Shown: positions 38,546-50,437, counted from the stretch's first letter. The stretch: DNA of 64,000 nucleotides from Anthoceros angustus (GCA_010909165.1 VJWM01000227.1:124001-188000), one strand, 5' to 3'. The notes: generated from the sequence alone by a model not told the origin. Numbers and translations: made by a program.

Positions 38546-39177
38546 AGACTATTCACATCTCTTACTCACATGTAGACCATCATGGTCCCGGGTTGTCCTC
38601 CGCTGCAGGATACGCTTTCCCATCCATTTTTTCCTTCAATGAAATTTCAGTCATCTCTTACTTGTATCTCCTACATTCTGCGGTTCAGAACAAACTCTAG
38701 CGGATACAATGTTAAAATGAGTAGCCACTGTAGGATGTCACACTTACAAGGAAAGCCCACCTGGCTTCGAACCAAGAACGCCATAGCAAAACGATGATGT
38801 ATGACGGCCACGAAATGGCCGAGACAAAAGTAGACGGAGAAACGACGAGGAGTACCTACGGTTGGGCAGGAGTATGTACCCTAAGGGGTATAAGTGGGAG
38901 GGGCCATTATTATTTGGGCTGGGGGAGACGGACGGAAGGCTGGGAAGGTCCAGCGGTCCGGACCGCAAGCAGTGGCAGGCACCACACCGCGGCATGGTAC
39001 GCTGGGCACTGATGAATCCCTTCCAGCTCCTACCACCGTGCAGCCACCGCCCCGGCAGCTTTGCCTGCCTATTTAACGCGCTCTGCTTTGCTAAGATAGC
39101 ATCCTGGATCGGCTTGCCGGAATCGTGAGAGCTGCTACCGAACGTGCCTCAATCTTGAGAGCTCCTAGCATTCGGCT

Positions 39178-40688
39178 ATGGCCACCCGCAGTTTCCTCCG
39201 CTCTACTCCGCACTCGGCCTCCCCCGCTGCTTCTGCGCGTGCTGATCCTCTGGCAGCAAGCGGCATTGTGCGATTTGTGACTGTTCCCCGTTCTCAACGC
39301 CGGACGATCTTCCGGAAAGTGTGCAGGTCGGAGGCGGAAAATATGCCGAAGGAGGTTATTGCTTGCGCCTTTGAGATCAGGCGCCCTGGAGTGTCCTTGG
39401 TGCCGCAAGCCGCTACCAGGTGAGTGAAGTTGTGATTCTCTGTTGCAATCCCTGGCGTTTGCGTGCTGAAATTGGTTGTGCTGTCTGGTTCTGCGGAATT
39501 TTGGAAGCAATTGCCTGTGTCCGAGGTGGGATTTTGACCTTTGGCTCGTTTGCAGTGAGGTTGAGAATGCGCCGGCCAAGGAGTTCAGTTTGGAGGATAT
39601 CAGAAGCTCTTTGATCCGTCAGGAGGACACAATCATTTTCAATTTGATTGAGCGCGCTCAGTATTTGTTGAACAGTGGGGCGTATGACCCCAACCGGTTC
39701 CCCATTCCGGGGTTCGATGGAAGCCTGGTGAAGTACATGTTGAAGGAAACTGAGCACCTCCATGCCAAGGTTTGACTCGTTTTGCGTTGTCGGAGGTGTG
39801 GAGTTCTTTGCCCGGTCTCACGTTTCGAATTGCTATGCAGGTTGGACGTTTCAACAGCCCTGATGAGCACCCTTTCTTCCCGGAGGGTCTTCCCAAGGCG
39901 ACCACACCGCCAGTGGTGTATCCCTATGTACGTTTTTGTTGTCTTTCTCATGTGAAATTGTGGCCTGACGTAGAGGTAGTTGGTTAGCAACAGCGAAGCC
40001 TGCCTCACCAATCGGACTGTTATGGCGTTCAGCGTCTGCACCGCGCTGCAGACGGGGTGAACATCAACAAGGCTGTATGGTCGATGTACTTCGATGATCT
40101 GTTGCCACACGTGGCTGGTGCGGGAGATGATGGCAACTATGGGTCGTCCTCAACTTTGGACGTCATGTGTCTCCAGGTTGCTGCAAACTTGTCCCCTTAG
40201 CCTAGGCACATGCAGAAGTAGGCGACTTGGCTTTTACTCGTGTGTTCCAGCAATGCCTGACTGTGTGTGTTTCGGTCAGGCTTTGTCCAAGCGTATCCAC
40301 TATGGCAAGTTTGTAGCAGAAACCAAGTACCGCGAAAATCCTGTGCGTTTTGAATCTGCCATTCGAGCTCAGGTACTTTGTAGCATTTACTTTGCCCTGT
40401 GGAGAGTCCAGACTGCAGAAGTTGGTGACTCACTTTCTTTATTGGGGCATCTCACAGGACGTTGATGCCCTGATGGAACTCATCACTTACCCAATTGTGG
40501 AGCAAAAGCTGGTGGACCGAGTGCAGCTTAAGGCCCTGGTGTATGGCCAGGAACTGGACATCACGGGGAAGCCTATCTCTCAGCACTACAGAGTTGCACC
40601 TGAGCTGATTGCATCACTCTACAAGGACTGGGTCATGCCTTTGACGAAAAAGGTTCAGGTCCAGTATCTTTTGCGGAGGCTTGATTAG
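39178..40688 (+). CDS. CM: Chorismate mutase (AroQ, plant/yeast type) with plastid transit peptide, 6 exons
   Basis: Exons 39178-39419, 39556-39769, 39841-39927, 40033-40176, 40280-40372 and 40458-40688. Motifs SLEDIRSSLIRQEDTIIFNLIERAQ, GDDGNYGS, LQALSKRIHYGKFVAE and VMPLTKKVQVQYLLRRLD. Confidence 0.95.
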
Positions 40689-41494
40689 ACACGGTTGGAA
40701 AACCTTGCAGCTGACGGCTTGTTAAGCAAGTAAGGAAGTGAGTCATTTAGAAGCTTTAGCTGCAGAGGCATTGTAACTCGGGTGAGGGTCAATGATATAT
40801 TTAATGAGCAATGCACACCAGTTTTGACATTGGCTTCGCTCCCTTGCATGTAGCTAGCACACGCGCCTCATATGTGCCATCCTCTTACTGCTTTGTTTCC
40901 ATAAGATGACACAGAATGGTCCAATCACCTACACCACCCTGCCGGGCCGTCCTGTTTCAAGTACGCATTTCCATGAGAATCCTGCTTTCTAACTAGACTA
41001 CTATCAGTAACAACTGTTGAAAAACGTTAAGGGAAAACAACCAAGATATTCTTATTACCTTAGGGTGGTGGGTGCATGATCCAGCCCCGGTTGGTAGCGC
41101 ACGATAGCTGTGATGACAGCCATGTGTAGTTTGTAGCTCAGGATTCTTGCATGATGGCTATGGGCTCTTCGGTTGACCTCTTATTCTGTTCGCTGTGGCA
41201 TTCTACACAAGGACTTGGAGATAACGCCGCGGTTTCCTGCGAAATTCCCTGTGAAGAAGGTTGTCAGACAGCCAGGAGCTGCAGGCAGGCGATCATTGTG
41301 ACGATCTTTGTTTGATAACTAAGTCTGTGTATGGATGGGCCATGGGGATATTTTTTCCTGGAAAGTGATGTCATGTGACTCGGGCATGACAGCAAGCTTG
41401 CTTGGGGTATGGCCTACATCAATTCTCGGTTTGGAGGCGTGGAAGTCTGAAGGCAGCCTTCGCAATGCTGGTAAGCATTGCCCCGACGACGGAG

Positions 41495-42433
41495 ATGGCA
41501 AGCTCCATGTGGGGCGCCCATGCGCTGCCAAAGCTGCCCCGCTCACACATCATCAGCTCAAGGCTTACTTGCTCTCCCACTCGATGCCAAATGTTTGTGC
41601 CAGGTAGGGTGTGTGTTTCGCAGCTTTCCGGTGCAAATTGGGCAAATTGCAGCACCTGTAGTCAGCTCAATCCCTACAGCTCTCCTTTCCAGGTTTTGGG
41701 GAGAAGTCTCCAGAGCGGAAGGCGGCAGATTCCCTGCACAACTTCTTCACCTTTGTGGCTGTTAAGATTGTTATGTCGCAGCTCCAGGTAGGAAGGGTCC
41801 TTTTACCTTTGCCTTGCCAAGTGCTGCCTGAAGCTCAGGGGAATGGCGCTCCGGGGGAAAGGTACGCAGGACTACAACAAGGAGGGATATGAAGAGCTGA
41901 GCAGCTTTGTGGACCGGGTGTCCCTCAAAGACGGAGACCAGTTCTGTGCCGCACTATTGCGGGAGTCTCCTCGTCACAAGGGGCTTGGTATGCTTGCCAA
42001 GTCATTGCTTACCGTTGCTTTGCAGTTTGCCACAACGTTCCCAATTGCTCATTCCAGTTGTGGGCATGTGCATGTGTGGTGAAATCTTCTCTTGCCTGCC
42101 AGCTCTCCGCATCATGGAGGTATGTATCCCAGTCTTTTGCTGAATTGAGTGGTCAGTCCAGAATTACCCCACCAGCTATGTGTTGAGGAAGCTGTGGTTG
42201 CAACTCGCAAGCAGGTTCGATCAGCATACGCTCGTCAGGATTTCGAGTGGGACAACTTGCAAGCGCTGGCCATGAAGGTAACGTCAGTGAGCGATGCAGA
42301 GTAGACTTGGAGTAGCTGGTCCGAGATTTGGGACACATCATGCCCTGCTTGCTCTGTGCAGCATGTGGACGAGGCCAACATCAGCCTGATGCGGGAATTC
42401 GTAGTAGAGACCACTTCATTCCAGGACCAGTGA
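41495..42433 (+). CDS. RBCX1: Rubisco assembly chaperone RbcX (RbcX1-like), 6 exons
   Basis: Exons 41495-41603, 41693-41787, 41870-41987, 42103-42119, 42215-42277 and 42362-42433. They give MFVPGFGEKSPERKAADSLHNFFTFVAVKIVMSQLQDYN..DGDQFCAALLRES..LALRIMEVRSAY..DFEWDNL. Confidence 0.9.
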
Positions 42434-42591
42434 GGTGCAGCGCATTCTTTCACATCTCTCCTGCTCCTCTTGCTGCAATGTGCAAGCTCCGTTGCAGCAT
42501 CTCTGTAACCATTGCCTTGTATTATCTACACTACTTCTTCAAACGTGAGTACCTTGTCTCCCCCTCCAAGCATTAACACTAGGCAAATGCG

Positions 42592-43936
42592 ATGGCGGCT
42601 TTGGGAGCCCGCTCGGGGCTGGTGCGAGCCCGATACGCTTCCAAGTGGGCCAGAGGCTATGAGAAAGTCGCGGGAGTGTGTCGGGGGCCATCCGTCTCCC
42701 TTCTAAGCTGCGCTTTCCCTGCAACATCACTGGCCTTACAGGCTGCCCCTCGTCCAGGCTCCCAAGCTCTCCCAAGGAGGCCCTTCACCGGTTGGTAACG
42801 AGCGTAGCCTGGGTTGTTGTTGATTCACTGCTGAATGTGAGATTGTGTGATTGCGCTCGTGGGGATTGGCAGGTGAGGCTACAGCCTCTGGTGCTGGCGG
42901 TGGAGTGAATACCCAGGACCGCGAAATCTTGGTGCAACATGCTCTGGTTAAGGAAGACCAGCTGCAGCTGTTGCTGGACATCCAGCGCAAGGTTTTGGGT
43001 ATGCGCTCCAGGCCCTGAGCTCCGCACCTTCGTCCAGTGCTTCTCATGCGCGATCGCAAGATTCACCATCTCCTCCTTGTGTGCCAGCAGAGGGAGAAGA
43101 TTTGGCTGATCTTGCAGCCGAGCATTCCATCTGCCCCTCAGCACGGCAAGGGGGTATGCTGGGATGGATCGAAAAGGGCCGAACTGTGAGTTAAGCTTGC
43201 CCTGCATGCTTGGCCTCTCGCTTCTTCTCTATAGGACCCTTGGGATTGACAAGAGTGCCAGCAGGTGCCAGAGTTTGAAGAAGCGGCATTCTCCGCTCCG
43301 TTGAACAAGCCAGTTCGTGTCAAGACCAAGCATGGCTGGCACTTGCTGCAGGTTCTTCAAGAGAGGTACTGTTGACACCTGTCTAGCCGTTTGCTGGGTA
43401 GCGCGTCCATCCATTGACTGCTGTCCTGCCTGTTGCCTGCCAGACCCGCTGGCTTTCTCCGACAAATCGAACCGGCCGAGCTCGCCAGCAACTTGGGCAG
43501 GGATGATGTGCAGCTCATCGACGTCCGAGAACCCAACGAAATGTAAGCCAGCTTCCTGGGTGCACCTAATCCGATTTGCATCCACTGGCTACTGAGCGTG
43601 CTGTGTGCTTTTTCAGAGAAATTGCTGCAATCCAGGGTTTCAAAGCCTATCCCCTGAGTGGATTTGGCAATTGGGCTCCCACGATTACAGAGCAGCTCGA
43701 TGTTGCCAAGGACACCTATGTTTTGGTATGAATTCCCAGGCCGAATGCACCTCTGCAAACCTATCCACTCTTGTGTCTCATGCACCAAGTACGTTTTGTT
43801 GCAGTGCCATCACGGGGTAAGGTCGATGCAGGCGGCTCAGTGGCTCAAGTCGCAGGGATTCAAGAGAGTGTACAACGTCTCTGGAGGGATACATGCATAT
43901 TCACTTCAAGTGGATACATCAGTGCCCACGTACTAA
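42592..43936 (+). CDS. STR12: Rhodanese-like/PpiC (parvulin) domain protein, STR12-like, multi-exon
   Basis: Parvulin part: REILVQHALVKED, LADLAAEHSICPS..GGMLGW, VPEFEEAAFSAPLNK..KTKHGWHLLQV. Rhodanese part: QLIDVREPNE, CHHGVRSMQAAQWLKSQGFKRVYNVSGGIHAYS..VPTY*. Confidence 0.9.
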
Positions 43937-44099
43937 GTGTCAAGCAAACACCTGAGCTGGGTAGCGGAAGTGCTCGAGACGTTATGGCTGGAGGAATAGG
44001 GCGGATCTTTCTGATCAAGGCGAGCTTCTTTGTGTGTCTCAACAGTGTCAGAGTCTTCATGTAACTCTTCCTCCCTTCACGATCACAATCACACGACAG

Positions 44100-47000
44100 T
44101 CAATGTCGATCGTCACAGGAGCAACACCCATCCACAAAATGGTGTGTTCGATTTGCGTCTCTAACTATAATGTCTCGCTTTTCAAGATTTGACATGATCT
44201 TAGTGCTACTGTGGCAGTCATTGCACATGCGAAGATTTTTAGTAACTAGCAAAGTTGTGCCATCTGGAGTGTTCAGCAGACCATAGGCCAATGCCAGTTT
44301 CTCTGCGTGTCCACACAAAGCATCTTCTTTCTCCTCGTTCGACGCGGCCCTTAGCACCAAGCTGGTTTGTGGCACATGGCCGCCTTCCTCTTTTAACCTA
44401 GTATTCATACTCTTCAGCTTCGAGGCAAGATCACCCCTTTCTTCGCCCACAGTGAACTCATGCACCTTGTTCTTCACCTCTATGCATGCTTTCGCAGCCT
44501 TCTTCCAGGCACCTGCTGCCTTTCTCATGGTTTCTATCCTATCTACATCCTTCCAACTGCCGACGTCGGCATAGATGTTACTCATAAGAACATACGCACT
44601 TGCATTTTCGGGTTCCACTCGTACAAGGCGATCGAAACACCGCCTTCCCCGCTCTGCATCGTTGTGGCTTTTGCACGCAGTTAGCAACGATGTCCATCCC
44701 ACCACAGGGTCTTGAAGAGGCACACTCTCCAAAATCTCTTCCGCCTCATCCAGATAGCCTGACCGCCCAAGAAGATCAATCATACAAGTGTAGTGATAGT
44801 CAGTGGGCCCAATCCCACAATCCTCCACCATCATCCTGAAGTATCGTCTACCCTCAGGCACCAGGCCTGCATGACTGCAGGCCAGAAGAAGACTAACATA
44901 AGTAGTTTCGTTGGGCTCAAAGCCTTGTCTTCGCATCTCATCAAAACACCACACTGCCGATTGTCCATCACCATGTTTGCCGTAACCATTGAGAAGAGAG
45001 GTCCATGTCACCACATCTCTTGCATGCAGTCTGTCGAAAACTCTGAAAGCGTCTGTCAGATTTCCACATTTCGAGTACATGTCTACAAGGCAGTTGCCAA
45101 GAACTACATCGGCTTCTAGCCCTTTGAGCTGAATTTGCGAATGAAGCTCCTTCCCCTTTTGCAAAGCTCCAAGGGCGGTGCATGCTTTGAGGAGATTCAC
45201 GTATGCTGCTGGACTGTTCCCTACCAGCTGCATGTTTGCAAAAAGACAAAAGGCATCTTGACCCAGTCCCTGTTGGGCATACTCTGCGATCATGGCAGTC
45301 CATGTTACCTCATTTGTTGTAAGCAATCTGTCGAATACTCTCCGCGCATCTTCCAGACCCCCACATTTCAAATACATGTCAACCAGGCAGTTGCCAATAA
45401 CTGCATCAACTTCCAGACCTCTTCCCTGCATTTCTGCATGAAGCTTCTTCCCCTGCTGCAGAGACCCAATTTTGGCACATGCTTGCAAAAGGCACATATA
45501 TGTGACACAGTCTGCTAAGCAATGGGCCTCCTCCTGCATGTTCGCATAAAGGGCAAGTGCTTCTCGACCAAGCCCCTGCTGGGTATACCCTGCTATCATA
45601 GCGTTCCACATCACCACATCTCTTGTGGGCAACCTGTCAAACAGGGTGCGAGCAACTTCAACACTCCCACTCTTTGCGTACATGTTGACCAGGCTGCTGC
45701 CAATTGACGCATCAGCTTCCAAGCCTCTTTCACAGATATCTGCATGGAGCTGCCTCCCTTCATCCAGCCATCCAACGCTAGCACACGCTTGAAGCAGACA
45801 CACCAAGGTAATATGATTTGCCTGAGTGCTGCCATCTTGCTGCATAAGTGAGTAGACATAGAAGGCTTCCTCACTCATTCCCTCTCGGGCATATCCCGAG
45901 ATCATGGCAGTCCATGTCACCACATCTCGTGTGTGCAGCCTGTCGAACACTCTGCGAGCATCTTCCAGACTCCCGCACTTTGCATACATGTCTACCAGGC
46001 AGTTGCCCACTAGCACATCAACTTCCAGTCCCCTTTCCTCTATCTGCGCATGGAGCTGCTTCCCATCATCCAGAGCTCCAACACTGGCACATGCTTGCAA
46101 GAGGCAAACGTAGGTAACACAAGTGGGTGGAACCATGGCCTCTTGCATGCACTTATAAAGTCCAAGGGCTTCTTTACCGAGTCCATGCTGAGCATATCCC
46201 GCCACCATGGCAGTCCATGTTACCACATCTCTCGTGGGTAATCTATCAAACACTCTACGAGCATCATCCAAGCTTCCGCATTTCACATACATGTCCACTA
46301 TACTACTGCCAAGAGATAGATTGGCTTCCAAACCTCTCTCACGGATCTCCGCATGCAAGTGCTTGCCCTGATCCAATTCTCCCAGATTTGCACATGCTTG
46401 AAGGAGGCACGAAAACGTGACATGGTTGGCTGCAGTGATGCCCTCTCCCTGCATATTTGAGTACAAACCCAGAGCTTCGTCGCCTCTTCCTTGCTGGACA
46501 TATCCTGCGATCATGGTCGTCCAAGTAACCACATCCCTTGTGGGTAATCTGTCAAATACTTTGCGAGCATCTTCCAAGTTCCTGAAATGTACATACATGT
46601 CAATCAGGCAATTTCCAAGGATCACATCACATTGCAATCCCTGTTTCTCTATCTGTGCATGCAGCTTCTTCCCATGCTCCTCAGCTCCGGCACTAGCACA
46701 GGCTTGAAGTAGGCACACAAACGTGGCTTGACTGGCTGACACAATGCCCTCCTGTTGCATACTGGCGTACAATGCTAGGGCTTGCTGAGCGAGCCCCCGC
46801 TGGACATAACCTGCAATTAGGGCGTTCCAGGCCACAACATCCTTGATGGGCAGGCTGTCAAACACCCTGCGAGCATCATCCAAGCTACCGCATTTTGCAT
46901 ACATGTCAACCAAGCTAATGCCAAGAGAAGCATCAGCCTCGAGGCCTCTATCCTGAATCTGTGCATGCAGCTGCTTCCCCTGATCCAGCGCTCTCACAGT

Positions 47001-48275
47001 AGCACACGCTTGGAGGAGGCACAGATACGTAACACAATCAGGAAGGGTTTTGGTCTCCTGCTGCATGCTGGAATACAGATCAAGGGCGTCTTGTCCAAGT
47101 CCATGCTGAGCATATCCTGCGAGCATGGTTGTCCACGTAACGACATCTCTAGTGGACATTCTGTCAAACACTCCCCGAGCATCCTCCAGGCTCCCACATT
47201 TACAGTACATGTCCACCAAGCAGTTGCTAACAACCAAATTAACTTCCAGCCCATGTTTCTGGATTTGTGCATGAAGCTCCTTCCCGTGGTGCAGGGCTCC
47301 GAGACTGCCACATGCTTGAAGCAGACATACGAAGGTAGCCTGGTTGGCCGAAGTCATGCGATCCTTCTGCATCTCTGCATACAGATCCAGAGCTTCTTGA
47401 GCCCGGCCATGGTGAGCATACCCTGCAATCATGGCAGTCCATGTCACCACAGATTTTGTGGGCAATCTCTCAAACACTTTGCGCGAATCCTCCAAGTTGC
47501 CACATTTAGCATACATGCTGACAAGGCTGCAGCCAACAAAAGCATTCAGCCCGAGGGTAGCGCCCATAATGTCAGCATGTACCTCCCTGCCGGCAACAAG
47601 ATCCTGCGCACTAGCACACGCCTTGAGCACCGCCACATATACATGGTCGTCTGGCTTCACACTCGACTCCCGCATCTGTCGGTAGAACCGTATAGCCCGT
47701 GTGGGCTGTCCGTGGCGAGCATGTGCCAAAATAATGGAAGACCACATATGGACATTGGGAGAAGCCACCCCGGAGAATACCAACACTGCTTTCTCCAACA
47801 TCTTGTGAGAAGCATACATCCCAATGATGTGGTTGGCCAGAAATGGGCGGCCCTGATACCCAATTCTCACAACCAGGGCATGGACACGGCTGCCCAAGAC
47901 CAAGTCCTTCTTTATTACACACGCCTGGAGCACACAATAGAAAACAGACTCGGTGATGTGCCATCCCTGCTGCAACAACAGATCTAAGACCTCGACAGCT
48001 TCCTTCACCTTCCCTTGCTCCGTCAAGGCTCGTACCCCAGCAACCCCTTCGTGCTTCGGCTTGAGCCGGAAGTCAGGATAGGTGCTGTTGCCCCGCCACA
48101 GCCCCTGCACTGTCTGCGGCGCGCTGTGGACAAACTCTGCTGTGGTGCGGACAGGTATCGAGCCATACTTGAGCACAGAGCCGTGATCAATCCTGACCAC
48201 CTTGGCTCCAACACAATCCGAAACAACCTGCACCGAATTCGGCACAGGGAGCAGCGACTCTAACGGCATTGCCAT
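44100..48275 (-). CDS. Intronless PLS-class PPR protein (~10 PLS triplets) with E1/E2 and a DRH-type DYW:KP deaminase-like domain
   Basis: Repeated VVTWTAMIAGY / TFVCLLQAC / LVDMYAKCGSLEDARRVFD motifs. The C-terminus is WKKAAKACIEV..LCGHAEKLALAYG..KNLRMCNDCH..HHFVDGCCSCDDRH. The first in-frame ATG is at 48275. Confidence 0.95.
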   Translation of the reverse strand: MAMPLESLLPVPNSVQVVSDCVGAKVVRIDHGSVLKYGSIPVRTTAEFVHSAPQTVQGLWRGNSTYPDFRLKPKHEGVAGVRALTEQGKVKEAVEVLDLLLQQGWHITESVFYCVLQACVIKKDLVLGSRVHALVVRIGYQGRPFLANHIIGMYASHKMLEKAVLVFSGVASPNVHMWSSIILAHARHGQPTRAIRFYRQMRESSVKPDDHVYVAVLKACASAQDLVAGREVHADIMGATLGLNAFVGCSLVSMYAKCGNLEDSRKVFERLPTKSVVTWTAMIAGYAHHGRAQEALDLYAEMQKDRMTSANQATFVCLLQACGSLGALHHGKELHAQIQKHGLEVNLVVSNCLVDMYCKCGSLEDARGVFDRMSTRDVVTWTTMLAGYAQHGLGQDALDLYSSMQQETKTLPDCVTYLCLLQACATVRALDQGKQLHAQIQDRGLEADASLGISLVDMYAKCGSLDDARRVFDSLPIKDVVAWNALIAGYVQRGLAQQALALYASMQQEGIVSASQATFVCLLQACASAGAEEHGKKLHAQIEKQGLQCDVILGNCLIDMYVHFRNLEDARKVFDRLPTRDVVTWTTMIAGYVQQGRGDEALGLYSNMQGEGITAANHVTFSCLLQACANLGELDQGKHLHAEIRERGLEANLSLGSSIVDMYVKCGSLDDARRVFDRLPTRDVVTWTAMVAGYAQHGLGKEALGLYKCMQEAMVPPTCVTYVCLLQACASVGALDDGKQLHAQIEERGLEVDVLVGNCLVDMYAKCGSLEDARRVFDRLHTRDVVTWTAMISGYAREGMSEEAFYVYSLMQQDGSTQANHITLVCLLQACASVGWLDEGRQLHADICERGLEADASIGSSLVNMYAKSGSVEVARTLFDRLPTRDVVMWNAMIAGYTQQGLGREALALYANMQEEAHCLADCVTYMCLLQACAKIGSLQQGKKLHAEMQGRGLEVDAVIGNCLVDMYLKCGGLEDARRVFDRLLTTNEVTWTAMIAEYAQQGLGQDAFCLFANMQLVGNSPAAYVNLLKACTALGALQKGKELHSQIQLKGLEADVVLGNCLVDMYSKCGNLTDAFRVFDRLHARDVVTWTSLLNGYGKHGDGQSAVWCFDEMRRQGFEPNETTYVSLLLACSHAGLVPEGRRYFRMMVEDCGIGPTDYHYTCMIDLLGRSGYLDEAEEILESVPLQDPVVGWTSLLTACKSHNDAERGRRCFDRLVRVEPENASAYVLMSNIYADVGSWKDVDRIETMRKAAGAWKKAAKACIEVKNKVHEFTVGEERGDLASKLKSMNTRLKEEGGHVPQTSLVLRAASNEEKEDALCGHAEKLALAYGLLNTPDGTTLLVTKNLRMCNDCHSSTKIMSNLEKRDIIVRDANRTHHFVDGCCSCDDRH

Positions 48276-48447
48276 ATGGCTGCTACGTTTCACAAACCAA
48301 ACCTACATATCTGTATTATCCTCAGTTGCGGGAGTGTGAGAGAATATGCAAATCAGAAGCCGTGGTTTACGGAGTTTGGTCTGATTCACAAGGTTATCGA
48401 TCACAGACTGTGGTGGCCGCTGCCACCCATAGGCTAAATTGCTGACA

Positions 48448-49545
48448 CTACTTTGCAAGGGATGCCAACACTCGGCGAGGCGGATGGAAGGACCTCCTGG
48501 AGTGCTGCACAGCTATGTTGTCGAGCACAAGGATGTCACCTTGGCGCCAGGGAATTGCCACGCTCTCTTCTTGCATGATCCTGCCGCAGGTTTCCACAGC
48601 CTCTGGGGGCAACGGAGTGCCGTCCCCGAAGGTGACAGCCCGCTCAGGGACATTGCGTGCATCCTTCCAGCCAGTGTACGCCGCCACCATGCTGTTGAAC
48701 CACACTTTCCTACTATTCCTCTTCCGGTCGAGCTTCACTGCAGGGATGGGCCCTGAGACGGTCTTGACGCAGCCATCGGGCAGCCATTCCAGGCGCATGC
48801 CCAGCCTCGCTGCCCTGCATGTGATGGCCATCACATCAGTCCTGCTTGACAACCCACATCCCGAAAGCTACCAAGAGCATGAACCACCTGGTGCCCACCA
48901 TGATTCTTACCTCTTCTCGGCCTCAAGTGGGTTGTCCGTGAGGAAGGTGGACTGCCAGCCGCGGCCGATAGGCGAGGAGGGATCATCACCCCGGCCCAGG
49001 ATGCGGGTGTAAAGCAGGCCTTGCTCCTCCAGCTGGCGCACGAATTGGGGACATTCTTGCGCCATCCTGGAGTAGACGCGGTGGCTGAGGAGCAGGGGGG
49101 TCTCGCCGCCTTGAGCCGGCTCCACCTCGCAGTAGAAGAAGAGCTTGTCGGGGAACTCCGGCACCTGGGCCATCTCGTGGTGGAAGGGGATGAGCTGGTC
49201 GGGAGGGGACTCGTTGGCGGTGAAGACCCGGCCCACGACGTTGGAGCGAGGAGCCGCGCCCCCAACGTACGGCAGCTCATCGTACCCAAAGGCTTCCACC
49301 ACCGCATTGAAATCTGCAGCAGTAGGCACTGGGAATCCGCGCAGCAGCAGGGCGCCCGCCTGCAGCAGCTGCTGCTCCACCCATTCCCTGTGCTGCGCTA
49401 TGGCCTCCACCACCGAATTGGAATTGGAAATGAGATCGGAATCGGAATTGGTTTTGGCATCGTCCCCCGGCACCAACACCTGCGGGAAGGGCGTGCCATC
49501 GCTCTCCTTCTGCTCCGCAACTTGGGCCACCTTCAGTCCCGCCAT
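48448..49545 (-). CDS. Clavaminate synthase-like / TauD 2-oxoglutarate Fe(II) dioxygenase, 2 exons
   Basis: Exons 48911-49545 and 48448-48814. Motifs GALLLRGF, YVGGAAPR, IPFHHEMAQVPEFP, GGETP and WRQGDILVLDNIAVQHSRR. Confidence 0.93.
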
Positions 49546-50437
49546 ACCTAGGCCAGATGCGTCTCCCCAAATCTTCCTTCTCGTCTTAAAAAGCACCTCC
49601 GAATAATTGATGAAATTGTATTCCAAATTGGCCAAAAACCAGCCTGCGCAAAGCGAAGGACCATGCACACGTTGTGTTGGAATATGCTTTGGAACCATCA
49701 CTGCGGATGCAGGAGCTGACAGCAACGGGAGAACACGCATGACTGAGTTCTTGCACCAATCGGTTTCAGAAAACATAGAGAATATGCTGGCAAGGTCTGC
49801 CGGGGCACCTGGAATGTACAATGTCTGTAGATGACCTGTAAAAGTGTTCAAGTCGAGTCTTTCTGGACATCATTGGGATCCAACTTCTCATCATCCTTCC
49901 GCACAACCAGGGTCCAGATCTATGTCGGTTTTGATGCACACAATATGTTTTGCGCCAGCGTTAAGACACTCACCAAGACAGAAGTTGCCCTATCCTGAAC
50001 CAGCGGCAAGAACCGAGGGAAATGGAAACCTGCAGCACTCCAGAACACCACTACTAGACACAACAGCCAGAACCGCTCAGAAAGCTGGATCACCAGCCAA
50101 CTCCTTAAATGAATTGGCTGTCTTCCCCATCCGAGCGGCAGTACAACTCTCCAGACCAAGCAATGCAGATAGCATCCGAGCTGAATATATGAATGTTCTC
50201 TGTGTAGGCTGACACCAGATGGACGCTCAAACTCCACATTTCATGCCCTGACCATAGCCTGAATCGGAAGGATTGCCTGATGGGCTGGGAGGAACTTTTC
50301 AGATCTATGCAAGGAGGAGCGCAAGAGGAGAACAACCTGAACGAAGTGTCATAAACTGAAAATTTGTAATTACAAAATCGGCCGAGTTTCTGTCGACGCG
50401 ATGTGAGCAGAGACCGACGATGTATGACGGAGGATAA

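Noticed and set aside
44460-48263. Numerous overlapping and antisense ORFs (e.g. 46965-47987 +, 340 aa)
   Set aside because: They are shadow frames of the repetitive PPR coding sequence.
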